A DNA stretch of 46,657 nucleotides, taken from positions 1 to 46,657 of the forward strand of contig CAVPTY010000002.1 of NCBI GenBank assembly GCA_963708655.1. The letters run 5' to 3'. The notes under the pieces were generated by a model. It worked only from the letters and a program-made list of their open reading frames with translations, was not told where the DNA came from and did no database searches. The position numbers and the translations under genes were made by a program. Source of the stretch: an uncultured beta proteobacterium (GTDB taxonomy: Bacteria; Pseudomonadota; Gammaproteobacteria; Burkholderiales; Burkholderiaceae_C). Below, in pieces: positions 1-10,416 of this stretch; the stretch's first letter is position 1, and each line of letters opens with the position of its first letter.

Positions 1-1
1 G

Positions 2-703
2 ATGGACAAGCCGATGACGGCGGCCGTCGAGGATTTCGTCCATGCCGGCTACGACCTGGAGGCCGCCGCGATCCTGCTGTGCGAGAGCGACGGCACGCCC
101 GAGGAGGTGGAGGAGGAGATCGGCCGCATGACCGACGTGCTGCGTGGCGCCGGCGCCACCGCCATCGCCGTGAGCCGCGACGAGGCCGAGCGGCTGCGCT
201 TCTGGAGCGGCCGCAAGAACGCGTTCCCGGCATCAGGCCGCATCAGCCCCGACTACATGTGCATGGACTCGACGATCCCGCGCCGGCGGCTGGCGGACAT
301 CCTGCTGGCGATCCAGCAGATGGAGCGCAAGTACGCGCTGCGCTGCGTCAACGTGTTCCACGCCGGCGACGGCAACCTGCATCCGCTGATCCTGTTCGAC
401 GCCAACGACGCCGACCAGCTGCGCCGCTGCGAGCAGTTCGGCGCCGAGATCCTGGAGACCAGCGTCGCGATGGGCGGCACGGTCACCGGCGAGCACGGCG
501 TCGGCATCGAGAAGCTCAATTCGATGTGCGTGCAGTTCAGCGCCGCCGAGCTGGAGCAGATGCGCGGCGTCAAGCGCGCCTTCGACGGCGCAGGCCTGCT
601 CAATCCGGGCAAGGTGATCCCGACGCTGAACCGCTGCGCCGAGTACGGAAAGATGCTGGTGCGCGGCGGCCGGCTCGCACACCCCGACCTGCCACGGTTC
701 TAG
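2..703 (+). CDS. glcD: FAD-linked oxidase, glycolate oxidase subunit GlcD-like (5' end outside window)
   Basis: C-terminal FAD-oxidase motifs [19 protein letters not shown] and LLNPGK; frame open from the window edge. Confidence 0.85.
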   Translation: MDKPMTAAVEDFVHAGYDLEAAAILLCESDGTPEEVEEEIGRMTDVLRGAGATAIAVSRDEAERLRFWSGRKNAFPASGRISPDYMCMDSTIPRRRLADILLAIQQMERKYALRCVNVFHAGDGNLHPLILFDANDADQLRRCEQFGAEILETSVAMGGTVTGEHGVGIEKLNSMCVQFSAAELEQMRGVKRAFDGAGLLNPGKVIPTLNRCAEYGKMLVRGGRLAHPDLPRF

Positions 704-736
704 CCTTCGGCCTGCCGCGACAGGAGCGCGCGCGGA

Positions 737-3700
737 TCACGGCCGGCAAGTGTCGCCGTCGATGACGATGTCATCGGAGCGCTTGCCGTCCTTGTCCTTG
801 TCACGCTCCTTCTCCCGCTCCTCGCGGCGCTCCTCGCGCGCCTGCTGCTCCTGCTGGTGCTGCTCCTGCACCAGCAAGGTCACGAAGGTCTGCAGCGGAT
901 TGTTGCTCTCGGTGACCACCTGCTCCGCCAGCGCCTGGTTGCCCCTGAGCATCGGCGCGATGCGGTCCGCGGCCGACCCCGTCGGGGCCGGTGTCGGCTC
1001 GGGCGTTGGCGGCGGCAGCGGCTCCGGTGTCGGAGCGGGTGTCGGAGCGGGTGTCGGAGCCGGCGTGGGGGCCGGCGTGGGGGCCGGGGTCGGCGCTGGC
1101 GTAGGCGCGGCCGTGGGCTCCGGCGTCGGTGCAGGCGTCGGTGCCGGGGTTGGGGCTGGCGTGGGGGCAGGCGTTGGTGCCGGCGTGGGGGCGGGCGTTG
1201 GCGCGGGTGTGGGGTCCGGAGTCGGCGCAGGCGTCGGAGACGGGGTCGGCTGCGGTGTCGGAGCAGGAGTAGGTGCCGCCGTCGGCGCGGGCGTGGGGGC
1301 TGCCGTCGGTGCCGGGGTCGGCGCTGGCGTCGGCTCGGCCGTGGGCTCCGGCGTCGGTGCAGGAGTGGGTGCCACCGTCGGCGCTGGCGTGGGGGCTGGC
1401 GTTGGTGCTGGCGTCGGCGCGGCCGTGGGCTCTGGGGTCGGTGCGGCGGTCGGCGCCGGCGTGACCACGACGGCGTTGGCGATCTTGACCAGCCCGGCGT
1501 AGCTCACCGGAATGGTGGTCGTGGTGAAGGCGCCGCTCACCGCCCCCGGCGTGGCGATGACGTTGAACGCATCCCCCTCGACCGGCGTGTAGGAGCTGAT
1601 CACCTGCAACGTCCCGCCCAGCGCCACGTCACCGCTGACGTTCAGCTGGTCGTACCCGGTGCCTGGGACGTTGCTGTCGATCTCGACCTGCAGCGTTCCG
1701 GACGACCCTTGCTGGTAATTGCCCTCGATGGCCAGCACACCGGGCGAGCTGCCTGGAGCTACCAGGCCGTTGTTCACGACGTTGGCGAGGATCGTGCCCG
1801 TGCCCTTCAGCGTGCCCTGGTTCGTGAGGCTGCCCACCCCGTAGGAGAAGCCGTCATAGGTATCGATAACCAGGGATCCGTTCACCGTGAGTGTCCCGCT
1901 GTTCCGCAGCTCACCCACGATGTAGGTGGAGAAGTCGACGCCGTCGGCCAGCAGCAGGGTGCCGGTGTTGTTCCATCGGCCGTAGACGGTGAAGTCTTCC
2001 GTCACGCTGGTGCCGCCTGGTGCCACGGCGGTAAACGTGCCGGAGGCGCCGGCAGTCCCTGCGACTCCGGGGGAGGGACTCGCCGTGGGCGCGGGATAGC
2101 CAGGCGCACCGCCTCCGACGTCGACCAACCCGGCAAGGCTCAACGTCGGCGCGGTGGTAGCGCTGGGAGGCGTCACGACGGTCACGGTCACGCTGCCACC
2201 AGGTCCGCCATTGCCCGCCGTGGCGCTGCCGACGTCGCCGTCGCCGCCGGCGGCGTACAGATACCCATGCAGGCTGCTGTCGCCCTTGGCGGCGACGATG
2301 ATGTTCCCGCCAGCGCCGCCGGTGCCGCCGAGGTCGCTGGCGGTGGTGCCGGAGCTGTAGCCGCCCCAGCCGCCGCGCCCCGATACGTAGCTGCCGCTGC
2401 TGGCCTGCACGCCGCCATTGACGCTGGTCACCGAGACGATCCCGCCGCCGCCCCCGGCCCCGCCGGTCGTGGTGCCGTCGCCGCCGTAGCCGCCGTCGGC
2501 GCGCAGTTGCGCCGAAGACGCGAGCGTCACGCCGGCGTCGCCATTGACGTTGATCGTGCCGCCCCTGCCACCGGCGCCGCCGGCACCGACGTAGCCATAA
2601 CCACCATAGCCGCCGTCGGCATAGATCCAGGCCCCCGATTCGATCGCCACCTGCGGCCCGTTGAGCGTGATCGTCCCGCCGACGCCTCCGGTGCCGGCAT
2701 CAGCGCTTTCCGCATAACCGCCACCGCCGCCCTGGACAGACAGTTCGTTGCCGGCCCGCAGCCGGAGCGTGCCGGCCGTCTGCGTGAGCGCAATCGTGCC
2801 GCCCGCGCCGCCCGCGCCGCCGCCACCACCGTCGCCGGACGCCAGCGAGCCGTAGCCGCCCCAGCCACCGAGTGCGGTCGCGTACGAAACGAGGAGGTCG
2901 TCGCGGGCCGTGACGGTGATGTGCCCCCCCGCGCCGCCCGTTCCGCGACCGTCGGCGCCCGCGCCGCCCGCATCCAGGTCGCCATAGGCGAGGACCTGTC
3001 CCGTCTCGGCCTTGATCGTGATGGAGCCGCCCTGGCCACCCACGGCCAGGGGCGATTCCCCGCCACTGCCGCCGTTCACGCCGATGTAGCCGTAGCTTTC
3101 GCCCTCCAGCGTGCCGACGCTGACATCCTGCGCGCTGGTGATCTCCACCGAGCCGCCTTTGCCGCCGCTGCCGGTATGGCTGTGGCCGCCGTAGGCAGCG
3201 ACGTAGTCGACGGCGACCGGCCCCGCGGTCGTGGTGAGCTTGATCGTGCCACCTTCGCCGGCCCCCCAATTTTCGGATTCGGTGAAGCTGGCCTCGGCGT
3301 CGCCGCCGTACGCCTCGGTGTCTTCGATGCCGATGCCGCTCGCCGCCTTGACGTCGATGGTGCCGCCCTTGCCTCCGTTGCCGCTATAGGAGTCGCCGCC
3401 CGAAGCCTCCAGACCACCACGCACCGACACAGCGCCGCCCTTGCTCCACAGGAAGATCGAGCCGCCGTCCCCGCCGGCGGCGTTCTCGCCGTCCTCGGCG
3501 CCGTCCGCCTGGATCCACGTGGACCACGACGGACTGCCGATGAGGATGTCCTGTGCTGCGGTGATGCTGACGTTGCCGCCCTTGGCAGCCGGGCCGTTGG
3601 CACCGGAACCGCCTTCGGCCTCCATCCCGCCGACAAAGGACACTCCGGCGGCAGTGGACTCGATCGTGACATCGCCGCCAACGCCGCCGGCCGCCGTCAC

Positions 3701-6700
3701 CTCATAGGCATTCGAGTAGCCTCCGCTCACGTCGACGTAGGCTGGTGCGGTGTCCGTGCCGATGACGACGTTCTGGGCGGCGGTGACAGCCAGCTTGCCG
3801 CCTGCTCCGCCGGACCCTGCGCCACCCGAGCCACCTCTCGCGTACACGTCACCGGTCAGCGTCACCGCACCCGCGGTCGACTGCAGGTCCACCTGGCCGC
3901 CGTTGCCGCCCGCCTGCCCGGAACTCTCGATCCAGGCCGCGTCGCCGCCATTGGCAGTGATGCCGCCACGGAGAGCCAGCGCATCCTTCGCGAGCACGGT
4001 CACCGTGCCGCCTTGGCCGCCCATCTCCCCATAGCCGCCTTCGGCTCGAAGCTGCCCATGCACGTCGACGGTGGTGCCCAGGGTAGCGTCCAGCTTGATG
4101 AGCCCGCCGACACCGCCGACCAAGCCGCTGCCGCCGTTGGCCTGGATGGTGACGGAGCGCCCGGAGGGGAACTCGGCGGACGGCGGTTTGCCGAGCTGGA
4201 TGTCCTTGCCGGCGATGATTTCGATGCTGCCGCCATCCCCGCCCACGTCGTAGCTGCTGCCGCCCCCGCTGGCCAGCAGTCCATCGCCGATCACGACCGA
4301 ACCGCTTGTCGCCTTGATCGTGACGGTGCCGCCGTCGCCGCCGGCGGTCTCGGACGAATAGCCCCCGCTCGACTCGACGTAGTACAGGTCGACCTTCGTT
4401 CCGGCCGTCGCGGTCACGTTGACAGTGCCACCATCCGCGCCGGCCCCGCCGCCGGCATTGATGGAGTGGCCGATGATGCTGCCGGCCGTGGACGTCACGT
4501 TCACCGCGCCACCGGCAGCATCGGTGGTCCATCCATTCGTATCGACCGTACCGAACGAGACGTCGTCTTTCGCCTGGAAGGTGACGGTGCCGCTGATGCC
4601 GCCCCTGGTCCAGAAGTCGGCGGCACCGGTGATCGCGCCGGCCGCCGCCGTGACGGCGATAGCGCCCGCTTCGCTGCGCACCGTCGGGACGCCGGCTTCG
4701 GAACCCTCGAACCGCACATCCTTGCCGGAGCTGATCACGATGCCGCCGCTGCCGGCAGCGGTCAGGTCGGCCGCGACCGAAACATCGGCACCGGTCCCGG
4801 TGGATTTCAATGCGATGGAGGCCGCCGCAATGGGCTGTTCGATCTGGACGCCGTTCGCGCTAGTGAGCGCCACGGCACCGCTCGCCCCGATCCCGGAGTA
4901 GCCGCCGACGGTGGAGACGAGGATCTGGTTCGCGCTCTTGTAATTGAAGTCGCCGTCGGTCGCGCTTCCTGCGACGATGCCGGTCGGGTTGGTGGCGGCG
5001 GTGAGATCGACCGCGGTGCCGTCGGCGAACACCTCGCTGCCACGCAGATCGCCGTCCGTCTCCTGTGTCAGGGACCCACTCGCCTTGAGGCCGATCCGAC
5101 CGCCGTTGGCGCGGTCGGTGAACGACACTTCGATGCCCTTGACCGTCTCTGCCCCATCCTGGCCGCTGCCGATGATCAGATCCTTGCTGTTCGAGAAAGT
5201 GAAGGTGCGGTCGGCACCCTCGGTCCAGGCGCCGCCAGCAAGCTCGGCCACCTGGTTGGAGGCCGCCGACAGGTCCACATTGCCGCCGGCGCGCACCGTG
5301 AGCGTCTGCGCGTGAATCGTTGCACCGTCGTCCTGCGTGATGCTGGCGGCGGACTTGAGCAGCACGGTGCTGCCTACGACGGGTGCATGCAGCATTAGGT
5401 CGCCTGCCTCCGTCTTCAACGAGAACGCCTGGTTCGGCGCGAATATGCCTTCGGCCGATCCGATCGTGCCGACCGTCAGCCCTTGCGAATTCGTGAAAGC
5501 GAAGCCGCCAGCCGCCGCCGAGCCCGCGAGCGTACCGACCTTGTTGCCGGCGTTGTTCAAAGTCACGCTGTCCTCGCGCGACACGGCGAGCAGGGTAGGC
5601 GCGGTGATCGGCTCCGTCTGCGAGATGGCGCCCTTGGCATCCAGCGTCAGTCCACCAGTCCCAGTGGCCTTGATCTCTGCATTGATGGCGATCTGGCCAT
5701 CGGCGGTCAGTGTCAGGCCATGCGGCGTCGCCCACTCCATCAAGCTCAAGACCTTGATATATCCCTCGTTCGCGCCATCCTTGGCGGCCGTAAGTGTTAC
5801 GGCGGCCGTCTCCAATGAGCTTTTGAGAACGCTGGGCAACAGAAGCGATTCGGAAGCAGCGCCGTCCGGAAGCGTCTCCGAGACGTACACGTTCGTCGGA
5901 TCGAGCAGCAGGCTGCCGGTGCGCCCTTTCGGCGCGCGCGTGTCCACCTGGCCGCGCATGTCGAGGTAATGGCCGGACGTCTCGATCATGCCGCCGTCGC
6001 CGCCGGCCGCGCCGCCGCGCGCCGACAGCATGCCCTGCACGCGCGTCGCGCCGTCCGACCACGCCACGATGGTCCCGCCGTCGCCGCTGGCAATCCCGTC
6101 GGCCTTCACCTGCGCACCCGTCTCGATGGTCGTTCGCTGCGCATTGGCAATCCGCGCGTCCTTGCCTTGCCAGCCGCCGCCGAGCAACGCCTCGCCACCG
6201 CCGGCCTGTCCGCTGACATCCAGCAGCGCACCGCCGCGAACCGTCAGGTCGGCCGCCGTGGCGTGCACCTGGCCGCCCTTGTTCCCTTGCGTCGCGGAAA
6301 CCGTGCCGGCGATCTCGGCGGCGCCGGTCGCCTTCAGCACCACCTTGCCGCCGTCGATCGTGACGCCGGTGGCCTGCACCAGTCCGCGGTGCTGCAACTG
6401 GCCGGCGAAGATGGCCACGGCATCGCCTTGCAGCGTGCCCAGGTTCACCGCCCGGTCGGCCGGCGCCTGCAGGTGCAGCCGGATCCCTTCGAGACCGCGG
6501 CCCGTCACCTCGACCGACTGGCCGGCCGCCAGCAGCGTGGCGCCGTTGGGCGCCTGCACCAGGGCGGCGCTGCCCACCTGCACTTGCGGCGCGATGAAGA
6601 CGGCGTCACCCTGCCGGGCAATCACCGTGCCGTCCACCTTGAGCACGCCCGCGCCCCCGCCGGCGAACATCAGCCGCCCCGCCAGTGCGTCGGCGTCGCT

Positions 6701-7207
6701 CATGCGCAAGGTGGAGGCAGTGAAGCCGGCGGTGTCCACCACCGCCCCGGCACCGACGGCGATGCCGGACGGATTGACGACGACCAGCCGACCGTTCGAG
6801 CTCAGGGTGCCGAAGATGGCGCTGGGGTTGTTCCCCAGCACCCGGTTGATCGAGGTGCTGGCTGCGTCGGGCTGGCGGAAGTGGGTGACGCTGCCGCCGG
6901 GCACCGAGAAACTCTGCCAGTTGATCGCGGAATGCCGTGATCCCGGCCCGTTCTGCGTCGTGACGAGCAGTGAATTGCCCTGCTGCTGCAGGCTCGCCTG
7001 CCCATGGATCACCTGTGCCCCGGCCGGCTGCGCCAGCACGTCGCCGTACGGCACGAACGCCGCCGCCAGCGCCAGCGCCACGCCGGCAGGACGGAAGCCG
7101 GCCGCGAGCGGATGACGCAGAGTGCGGCCGGCGCCCGCTTCGGCACCACGCGGCGGGTGGCGTCGTGCGGCTGACGTCGCCGTTGCCTTGACGTTGGTCT
7201 TATCCAC
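737..7207 (-). CDS. Filamentous haemagglutinin-family (TpsA, HMW1/CdrA-like) exoprotein, ~2156 aa, with Gly-rich beta-helix repeats, Pro/Thr stalk and charged C-tail
   Basis: Long N-region plus hydrophobic signal (VALALAAAF...VLA|QP). TPS domain motifs INWQSFS, INRVLG and VVNPSGI. IETSG...LLLDP motif. Start uncertain (GTG 7207 chosen; ORF extends to TTG 7237). Confidence 0.9.
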   Translation of the reverse strand: MDKTNVKATATSAARRHPPRGAEAGAGRTLRHPLAAGFRPAGVALALAAAFVPYGDVLAQPAGAQVIHGQASLQQQGNSLLVTTQNGPGSRHSAINWQSFSVPGGSVTHFRQPDAASTSINRVLGNNPSAIFGTLSSNGRLVVVNPSGIAVGAGAVVDTAGFTASTLRMSDADALAGRLMFAGGGAGVLKVDGTVIARQGDAVFIAPQVQVGSAALVQAPNGATLLAAGQSVEVTGRGLEGIRLHLQAPADRAVNLGTLQGDAVAIFAGQLQHRGLVQATGVTIDGGKVVLKATGAAEIAGTVSATQGNKGGQVHATAADLTVRGGALLDVSGQAGGGEALLGGGWQGKDARIANAQRTTIETGAQVKADGIASGDGGTIVAWSDGATRVQGMLSARGGAAGGDGGMIETSGHYLDMRGQVDTRAPKGRTGSLLLDPTNVYVSETLPDGAASESLLLPSVLKSSLETAAVTLTAAKDGANEGYIKVLSLMEWATPHGLTLTADGQIAINAEIKATGTGGLTLDAKGAISQTEPITAPTLLAVSREDSVTLNNAGNKVGTLAGSAAAGGFAFTNSQGLTVGTIGSAEGIFAPNQAFSLKTEAGDLMLHAPVVGSTVLLKSAASITQDDGATIHAQTLTVRAGGNVDLSAASNQVAELAGGAWTEGADRTFTFSNSKDLIIGSGQDGAETVKGIEVSFTDRANGGRIGLKASGSLTQETDGDLRGSEVFADGTAVDLTAATNPTGIVAGSATDGDFNYKSANQILVSTVGGYSGIGASGAVALTSANGVQIEQPIAAASIALKSTGTGADVSVAADLTAAGSGGIVISSGKDVRFEGSEAGVPTVRSEAGAIAVTAAAGAITGAADFWTRGGISGTVTFQAKDDVSFGTVDTNGWTTDAAGGAVNVTSTAGSIIGHSINAGGGAGADGGTVNVTATAGTKVDLYYVESSGGYSSETAGGDGGTVTIKATSGSVVIGDGLLASGGGSSYDVGGDGGSIEIIAGKDIQLGKPPSAEFPSGRSVTIQANGGSGLVGGVGGLIKLDATLGTTVDVHGQLRAEGGYGEMGGQGGTVTVLAKDALALRGGITANGGDAAWIESSGQAGGNGGQVDLQSTAGAVTLTGDVYARGGSGGAGSGGAGGKLAVTAAQNVVIGTDTAPAYVDVSGGYSNAYEVTAAGGVGGDVTIESTAAGVSFVGGMEAEGGSGANGPAAKGGNVSITAAQDILIGSPSWSTWIQADGAEDGENAAGGDGGSIFLWSKGGAVSVRGGLEASGGDSYSGNGGKGGTIDVKAASGIGIEDTEAYGGDAEASFTESENWGAGEGGTIKLTTTAGPVAVDYVAAYGGHSHTGSGGKGGSVEITSAQDVSVGTLEGESYGYIGVNGGSGGESPLAVGGQGGSITIKAETGQVLAYGDLDAGGAGADGRGTGGAGGHITVTARDDLLVSYATALGGWGGYGSLASGDGGGGGAGGAGGTIALTQTAGTLRLRAGNELSVQGGGGGYAESADAGTGGVGGTITLNGPQVAIESGAWIYADGGYGGYGYVGAGGAGGRGGTINVNGDAGVTLASSAQLRADGGYGGDGTTTGGAGGGGGIVSVTSVNGGVQASSGSYVSGRGGWGGYSSGTTASDLGGTGGAGGNIIVAAKGDSSLHGYLYAAGGDGDVGSATAGNGGPGGSVTVTVVTPPSATTAPTLSLAGLVDVGGGAPGYPAPTASPSPGVAGTAGASGTFTAVAPGGTSVTEDFTVYGRWNNTGTLLLADGVDFSTYIVGELRNSGTLTVNGSLVIDTYDGFSYGVGSLTNQGTLKGTGTILANVVNNGLVAPGSSPGVLAIEGNYQQGSSGTLQVEIDSNVPGTGYDQLNVSGDVALGGTLQVISSYTPVEGDAFNVIATPGAVSGAFTTTTIPVSYAGLVKIANAVVVTPAPTAAPTPEPTAAPTPAPTPAPTPAPTVAPTPAPTPEPTAEPTPAPTPAPTAAPTPAPTAAPTPAPTPQPTPSPTPAPTPDPTPAPTPAPTPAPTPAPTPAPTPAPTPAPTPEPTAAPTPAPTPAPTPAPTPAPTPAPTPAPTPEPLPPPTPEPTPAPTGSAADRIAPMLRGNQALAEQVVTESNNPLQTFVTLLVQEQHQQEQQAREERREEREKERDKDKDGKRSDDIVIDGDTCRP
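980..1462 (-). repeat. In-frame 12-nt tandem repeat encoding ~40 PTxx tetrapeptides ([12 protein letters not shown])
   Basis: 161 codons of near-continuous PTPA-type units in the TpsA frame. Confidence 0.95.
2180..4600 (-). repeat. Degenerate ~40-50 aa Gly-rich repeats (A.GG....GG.GG.(V/I).(V/I).A) in the TpsA passenger
   Basis: Recurring GGxGGxIxI and AxGG segments in the translation; boundaries approximate. Confidence 0.75.
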
Positions 7208-7507
7208 GGATGTATGCCCCAGAAATGGCCCTCGCAAGAAAGCTCTCTGCTAGCGTTCAGATACGCCCAGTGTCGGCAGAAGGTAGCACACGGTTACAAG
7301 GTCGGCAATTCGCCCGCGCGCCTTCGCCTTACCGCGCGTGCGGTAGTTCGCCATCGGGTGCTACCCGGCCCACACGTGGGCGCCGGACTGGACGATGGAC
7401 GGCTCACGGTGTTCCTCCTGAAAAGGAACGTGCGAGCGAGAACACGCGATCGGCTTGGTTACCATGCCGACCAGCAGCGTTGGCGCCACGGCGCGTGTCC
7501 GGTCCAC

Positions 7508-8470
7508 ATGAGCATCTTCGTCAGCATCGCTTCCTATTGCGACCCAGTGCTCGGCTTCACGGTCGGGCGAGCGCTGGCGATGGCGCGCTGGCCGGACCGG
7601 CTGCACTTCGGCATCGTCGACCAGAGCCCGGCTGCCGCGCCGCAACCGTCCGCCACGCAGGTGCGGCCGGCCCGCCTCAGCTACGTGAAGCTGGAACCGG
7701 TCTACGCGCGCGGCCCATGCTGGGCCCGGGCGCTCGCGATGTCGCTGTACGAGGGGGAGGACTGGTTCTTCCAGATCGACTCGCACATGGACTTCGATGC
7801 CGGCTGGGACGAGCGGCTGATCGCCCAGGCCAGCGAATTGCTCGCCGGCCGGCGCGGCGTCGTGCTGTCTTCGTACCCGAACTCCTTCGTGTTCGACCAG
7901 GGGCGGCCGGTGCGACGGCCGGCGACCGACAAGGTGCTGGCGCATGTGGTGAAACCCGGCGGGAGTTTCGATCCCGAGCACCCGGTGCTCGGCTTCGAGG
8001 CGCACCCGGTGCCGGTCGACCACCCGCTGCCGGGCTTTCACGTCGGGGCTGGCTGCCTGTTCGCGCCGGGCAGCTTCGTCGAGGCGTTTCCGTACGACCC
8101 GTGGTTCTACTTCCACGGCGAGGAGCAGGGGATCGCGATCCGGCTGTTCACGCATGGCTGGGAGGTCTTTCACGTGCCGGGACTGCCCGTCTATCACCTC
8201 TACAACAACCCCGAGGCGGGTGGACCGCCGCGGCCGATGCACTGGGATGCTGCGCACGAGGCGCTGCGGCAACGCACCTGGTGGAGCCTGGAGCAGCGCT
8301 CGCGCGCACGGCTGGCGGCGCTCGTCGCCGGCCGGCCGATGGGGGTGTACGGACTCGGGAGCGTCCGGTCGGTGGCCGATTACGCCGCCTTCAGCGGCAT
8401 CGACTACGCGGCGCGGACGATCGGCCCGCGCGCCTACAGGCCGCTCTTGCCGGGATCCGCCTCCGCCTGA
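7508..8470 (+). CDS. GT60-like (Skp1-Hyp/polypeptide alpha-GlcNAc transferase family) glycosyltransferase, 320 aa, predicted cytoplasmic
   Basis: Motifs IFVSIASYCD, GPCWAR, QIDSH (DxH), YFHGEE, HLY and C-terminal YGLGSVRS...FSGID, recognised from Gnt1-type transferases. No signal peptide or TM segment after the ATG at 7508. Confidence 0.8.
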   Translation: MSIFVSIASYCDPVLGFTVGRALAMARWPDRLHFGIVDQSPAAAPQPSATQVRPARLSYVKLEPVYARGPCWARALAMSLYEGEDWFFQIDSHMDFDAGWDERLIAQASELLAGRRGVVLSSYPNSFVFDQGRPVRRPATDKVLAHVVKPGGSFDPEHPVLGFEAHPVPVDHPLPGFHVGAGCLFAPGSFVEAFPYDPWFYFHGEEQGIAIRLFTHGWEVFHVPGLPVYHLYNNPEAGGPPRPMHWDAAHEALRQRTWWSLEQRSRARLAALVAGRPMGVYGLGSVRSVADYAAFSGIDYAARTIGPRAYRPLLPGSASA

Positions 8471-9228
8471 CCCCGCACCTGCTCGAGGGCCAGGCACAGG
8501 TCCGCCCAGGCCTTGGCCTTTTCGGGCAGGTTGCGCAGCAGGTAGGCAGGGTGGTAGGTGACCACCAGCGGCACCCCCTGGTACAGGTGGACGCGGCCGC
8601 GCAGCCGCCCGATCGGTTCGGCGCTTCCCAGAAGGGACTGCACGGCAAAGCGCCCCATCGCCAGGATGATCTTCGGCCGGAGCAATTCGACCTGCCGGCG
8701 CAGGAATGGCTCGCATCGGGCGACTTCCGCCGGGTCCGGGTTGCGGTTGCCGGGCGGCCGGCACTTGAGGACGTTGGCGATGTAGACCTTGCGCTGGCGG
8801 TCGAGCCCGATCGCGCGCAACATGTTGTCCAGCAGCTTGCCGGCCTGTCCGACGAACGGCTCGCCCTGCAGGTCCTCCTGCTCGCCGGGAGCTTCGCCCA
8901 CCACCAGCCAGTCGGGCTGCGGGTCGCCGACCCCGAAGACGGTGTTGGTGCGGCTGTCGCACAAGCCGCAGGCACGGCACCCGGTCACCGCCTGCCGCAG
9001 TTCCTCCCAGGACAGCACCGGCACCGCAGCGGCCGACGGCGCGGCCGCCGCGGCAGGCGGCGCGATGGGCTGCCGCGGCGGCGGCCCGGGACGCGCAGGC
9101 GGTGCTGCCGTCGGCGGCTCGCCCGGCGCCTGTGCGGGCGCCGCTGCCCTCGGCGGCAGTATCGAAAAACCGCCCAGCCCCATCTCGGCCAGCATGGCGC
9201 GGCGGCGCTGGTCCAGGGCCAGCGTCAT
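8434..9228 (-). CDS. Family-4 (4Fe-4S) uracil-DNA glycosylase
   Basis: [20 protein letters not shown] and YHPAYLLR motifs. ATG overlaps the rimI stop (ATGA). Confidence 0.92.
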   Translation of the reverse strand: MTLALDQRRRAMLAEMGLGGFSILPPRAAAPAQAPGEPPTAAPPARPGPPPRQPIAPPAAAAAPSAAAVPVLSWEELRQAVTGCRACGLCDSRTNTVFGVGDPQPDWLVVGEAPGEQEDLQGEPFVGQAGKLLDNMLRAIGLDRQRKVYIANVLKCRPPGNRNPDPAEVARCEPFLRRQVELLRPKIILAMGRFAVQSLLGSAEPIGRLRGRVHLYQGVPLVVTYHPAYLLRNLPEKAKAWADLCLALEQVRGQAEADPGKSGL

Positions 9229-9692
9229 AGCTTCAGGCTCATGACCACCGCGTTCTCGCGCTTCCCGGCGCCGGCGGGGTAGTAATTGCGGCGCTCGCCG
9301 ACGCGGCGATATCCGTAGCGCTCGTACGTGCGCTGGGCGTGGACGTTGCTGGTGCGGACCTCCAGCCACAGCCACTGGGCGCCTTGCGCGCGGGCCCACA
9401 GCGCCAGCGCATCGAGCATCAGCCGGCCCCAACCCTGCCGCTGGTGTTCGGGCGCGACGGTGATGTTGAGCAGATGCACCTCGTCGACACCCTTCATCGC
9501 CACGTAATACCCCAGCAGCTCGCTACCTGCGACCAGCATGCGCGCGTGATAGCCGGCGCGCAGCGAATCGACGAAGTTGCCGTGGGTCCACGGATGCGCG
9601 TACACCCGTTGCTCGAGGGCGACGACCGGGCCGAGCCGGCCTTCGGAGATCGGCTCCAGGGCGGCTTCAGGGATGTTGGGCAGGGCACTCAT
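9225..9692 (-). CDS. rimI: Ribosomal protein S18 alanine N-acetyltransferase
   Basis: GNAT motifs HLLNITV, QRQGWG, LEVRTSN and RRNYY; tsaB-rimI-udg order. Confidence 0.93.
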   Translation of the reverse strand: MSALPNIPEAALEPISEGRLGPVVALEQRVYAHPWTHGNFVDSLRAGYHARMLVAGSELLGYYVAMKGVDEVHLLNITVAPEHQRQGWGRLMLDALALWARAQGAQWLWLEVRTSNVHAQRTYERYGYRRVGERRNYYPAGAGKRENAVVMSLKL

Positions 9693-10366
9693 GGCGTGGC
9701 ACGGCCGGCGGCGCGTTCGGCCGCGGTCTGGGCCACTTTATCGCGAATGTACAGAGGCAGGGCGCCGGCAGCGGGCACGGCCTGCCCGGCGGCGAGCAGG
9801 GCCGGCGCGAGCCGCAGCAGCGCGGCGGCCGTGGGCAGCGCGTCGACCCGTTGCCCAGCGGGCAGCCAGCTGCCGTACGCCGCGAAGACGTTGCCGGCCA
9901 TGGCCCAGTCGGGCGGCACCACCACCTCCCGCGGCGCATGGAGCGCGATCTCGCCATGCCGCTGCCAAACGGTGCCGTTCCACCCGTAGGCTGCGGCGTA
10001 CACCTCGTCCATCCGTGCGTCCAGCAGCGCCACCACGCGAGTCACGCCGGCGCGCGATCGCGCGTCCTCCGCCACGGCGAGCAAGGTGTCGACCGGCAGC
10101 ACTGGCACCTTGGCGCCGAAGGCCAGCCCCTGCGTGACCGAACAGGCGGTGCGCAGCCCCGTGAACGAGCCGGGACCGCGGCCGAACACGATGGCGTCCA
10201 GGTCCGGCAGGGCCAGCCCGGCCTGCGCGAGCAGGCGCCGGATCGCTGGAATCAGGGCCGCGGAGGCCTGCGCGCCGCCCGGCGCCTCATGCTGCAGCAG
10301 CTCGCCGCCGCGCTGGACGGCGACGGCGAACACTTCGGTGCTGGTGTCGAGGGCGAGGAGATTCAA
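9689..10366 (-). CDS. tsaB: tRNA t6A biosynthesis protein TsaB
   Basis: LALDTS, GPGSFTGLR, DARMDEVY and PLYIRDKVA motifs; TTG start. Confidence 0.95.
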   Translation of the reverse strand: MNLLALDTSTEVFAVAVQRGGELLQHEAPGGAQASAALIPAIRRLLAQAGLALPDLDAIVFGRGPGSFTGLRTACSVTQGLAFGAKVPVLPVDTLLAVAEDARSRAGVTRVVALLDARMDEVYAAAYGWNGTVWQRHGEIALHAPREVVVPPDWAMAGNVFAAYGSWLPAGQRVDALPTAAALLRLAPALLAAGQAVPAAGALPLYIRDKVAQTAAERAAGRATP

Positions 10367-10388
10367 GCAGCGGCTTTCGGGAACCCGT

Positions 10389-10411
10389 GATTATCGAGGC
10401 CCCGGATAATC
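10389..10411. promoter_or_regulatory. Back-to-back -10-like hexamers (GATAAT on each strand) for tsaB and dacB
   Basis: GATTATC-N9-GATAATC inverted repeat in a 50-bp divergent gap. Confidence 0.5.
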
Positions 10412-10416
10412 CCCGG

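Noticed and set aside
965-1450. Dialanine sites (TAAP, SAAD) as LapG-type cleavage sites
   Set aside because: They do not match the TAAG-type site and no lapG/lapD is present in the window.
980-1462. Possible CRISPR array or phase-variable VNTR
   Set aside because: No spacers; units are in-frame and degenerate at third codon positions.
750-1502. + strand ORF with silk-like (GVGA)n repeats
   Set aside because: It is the antisense shadow of the PTPA repeat.
857-5398. 1513-aa + strand ORF and other long antisense or alternate-frame ORFs (e.g. 28680-31715, 35778-39638)
   Set aside because: They overlap well-supported genes, have no recognisable motifs, and are expected in high-GC DNA.
10389-10411. 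Fur box suggested by GATAAT hexamers
   Set aside because: Orientation and spacing do not match GATAATGATAATCATTATC.
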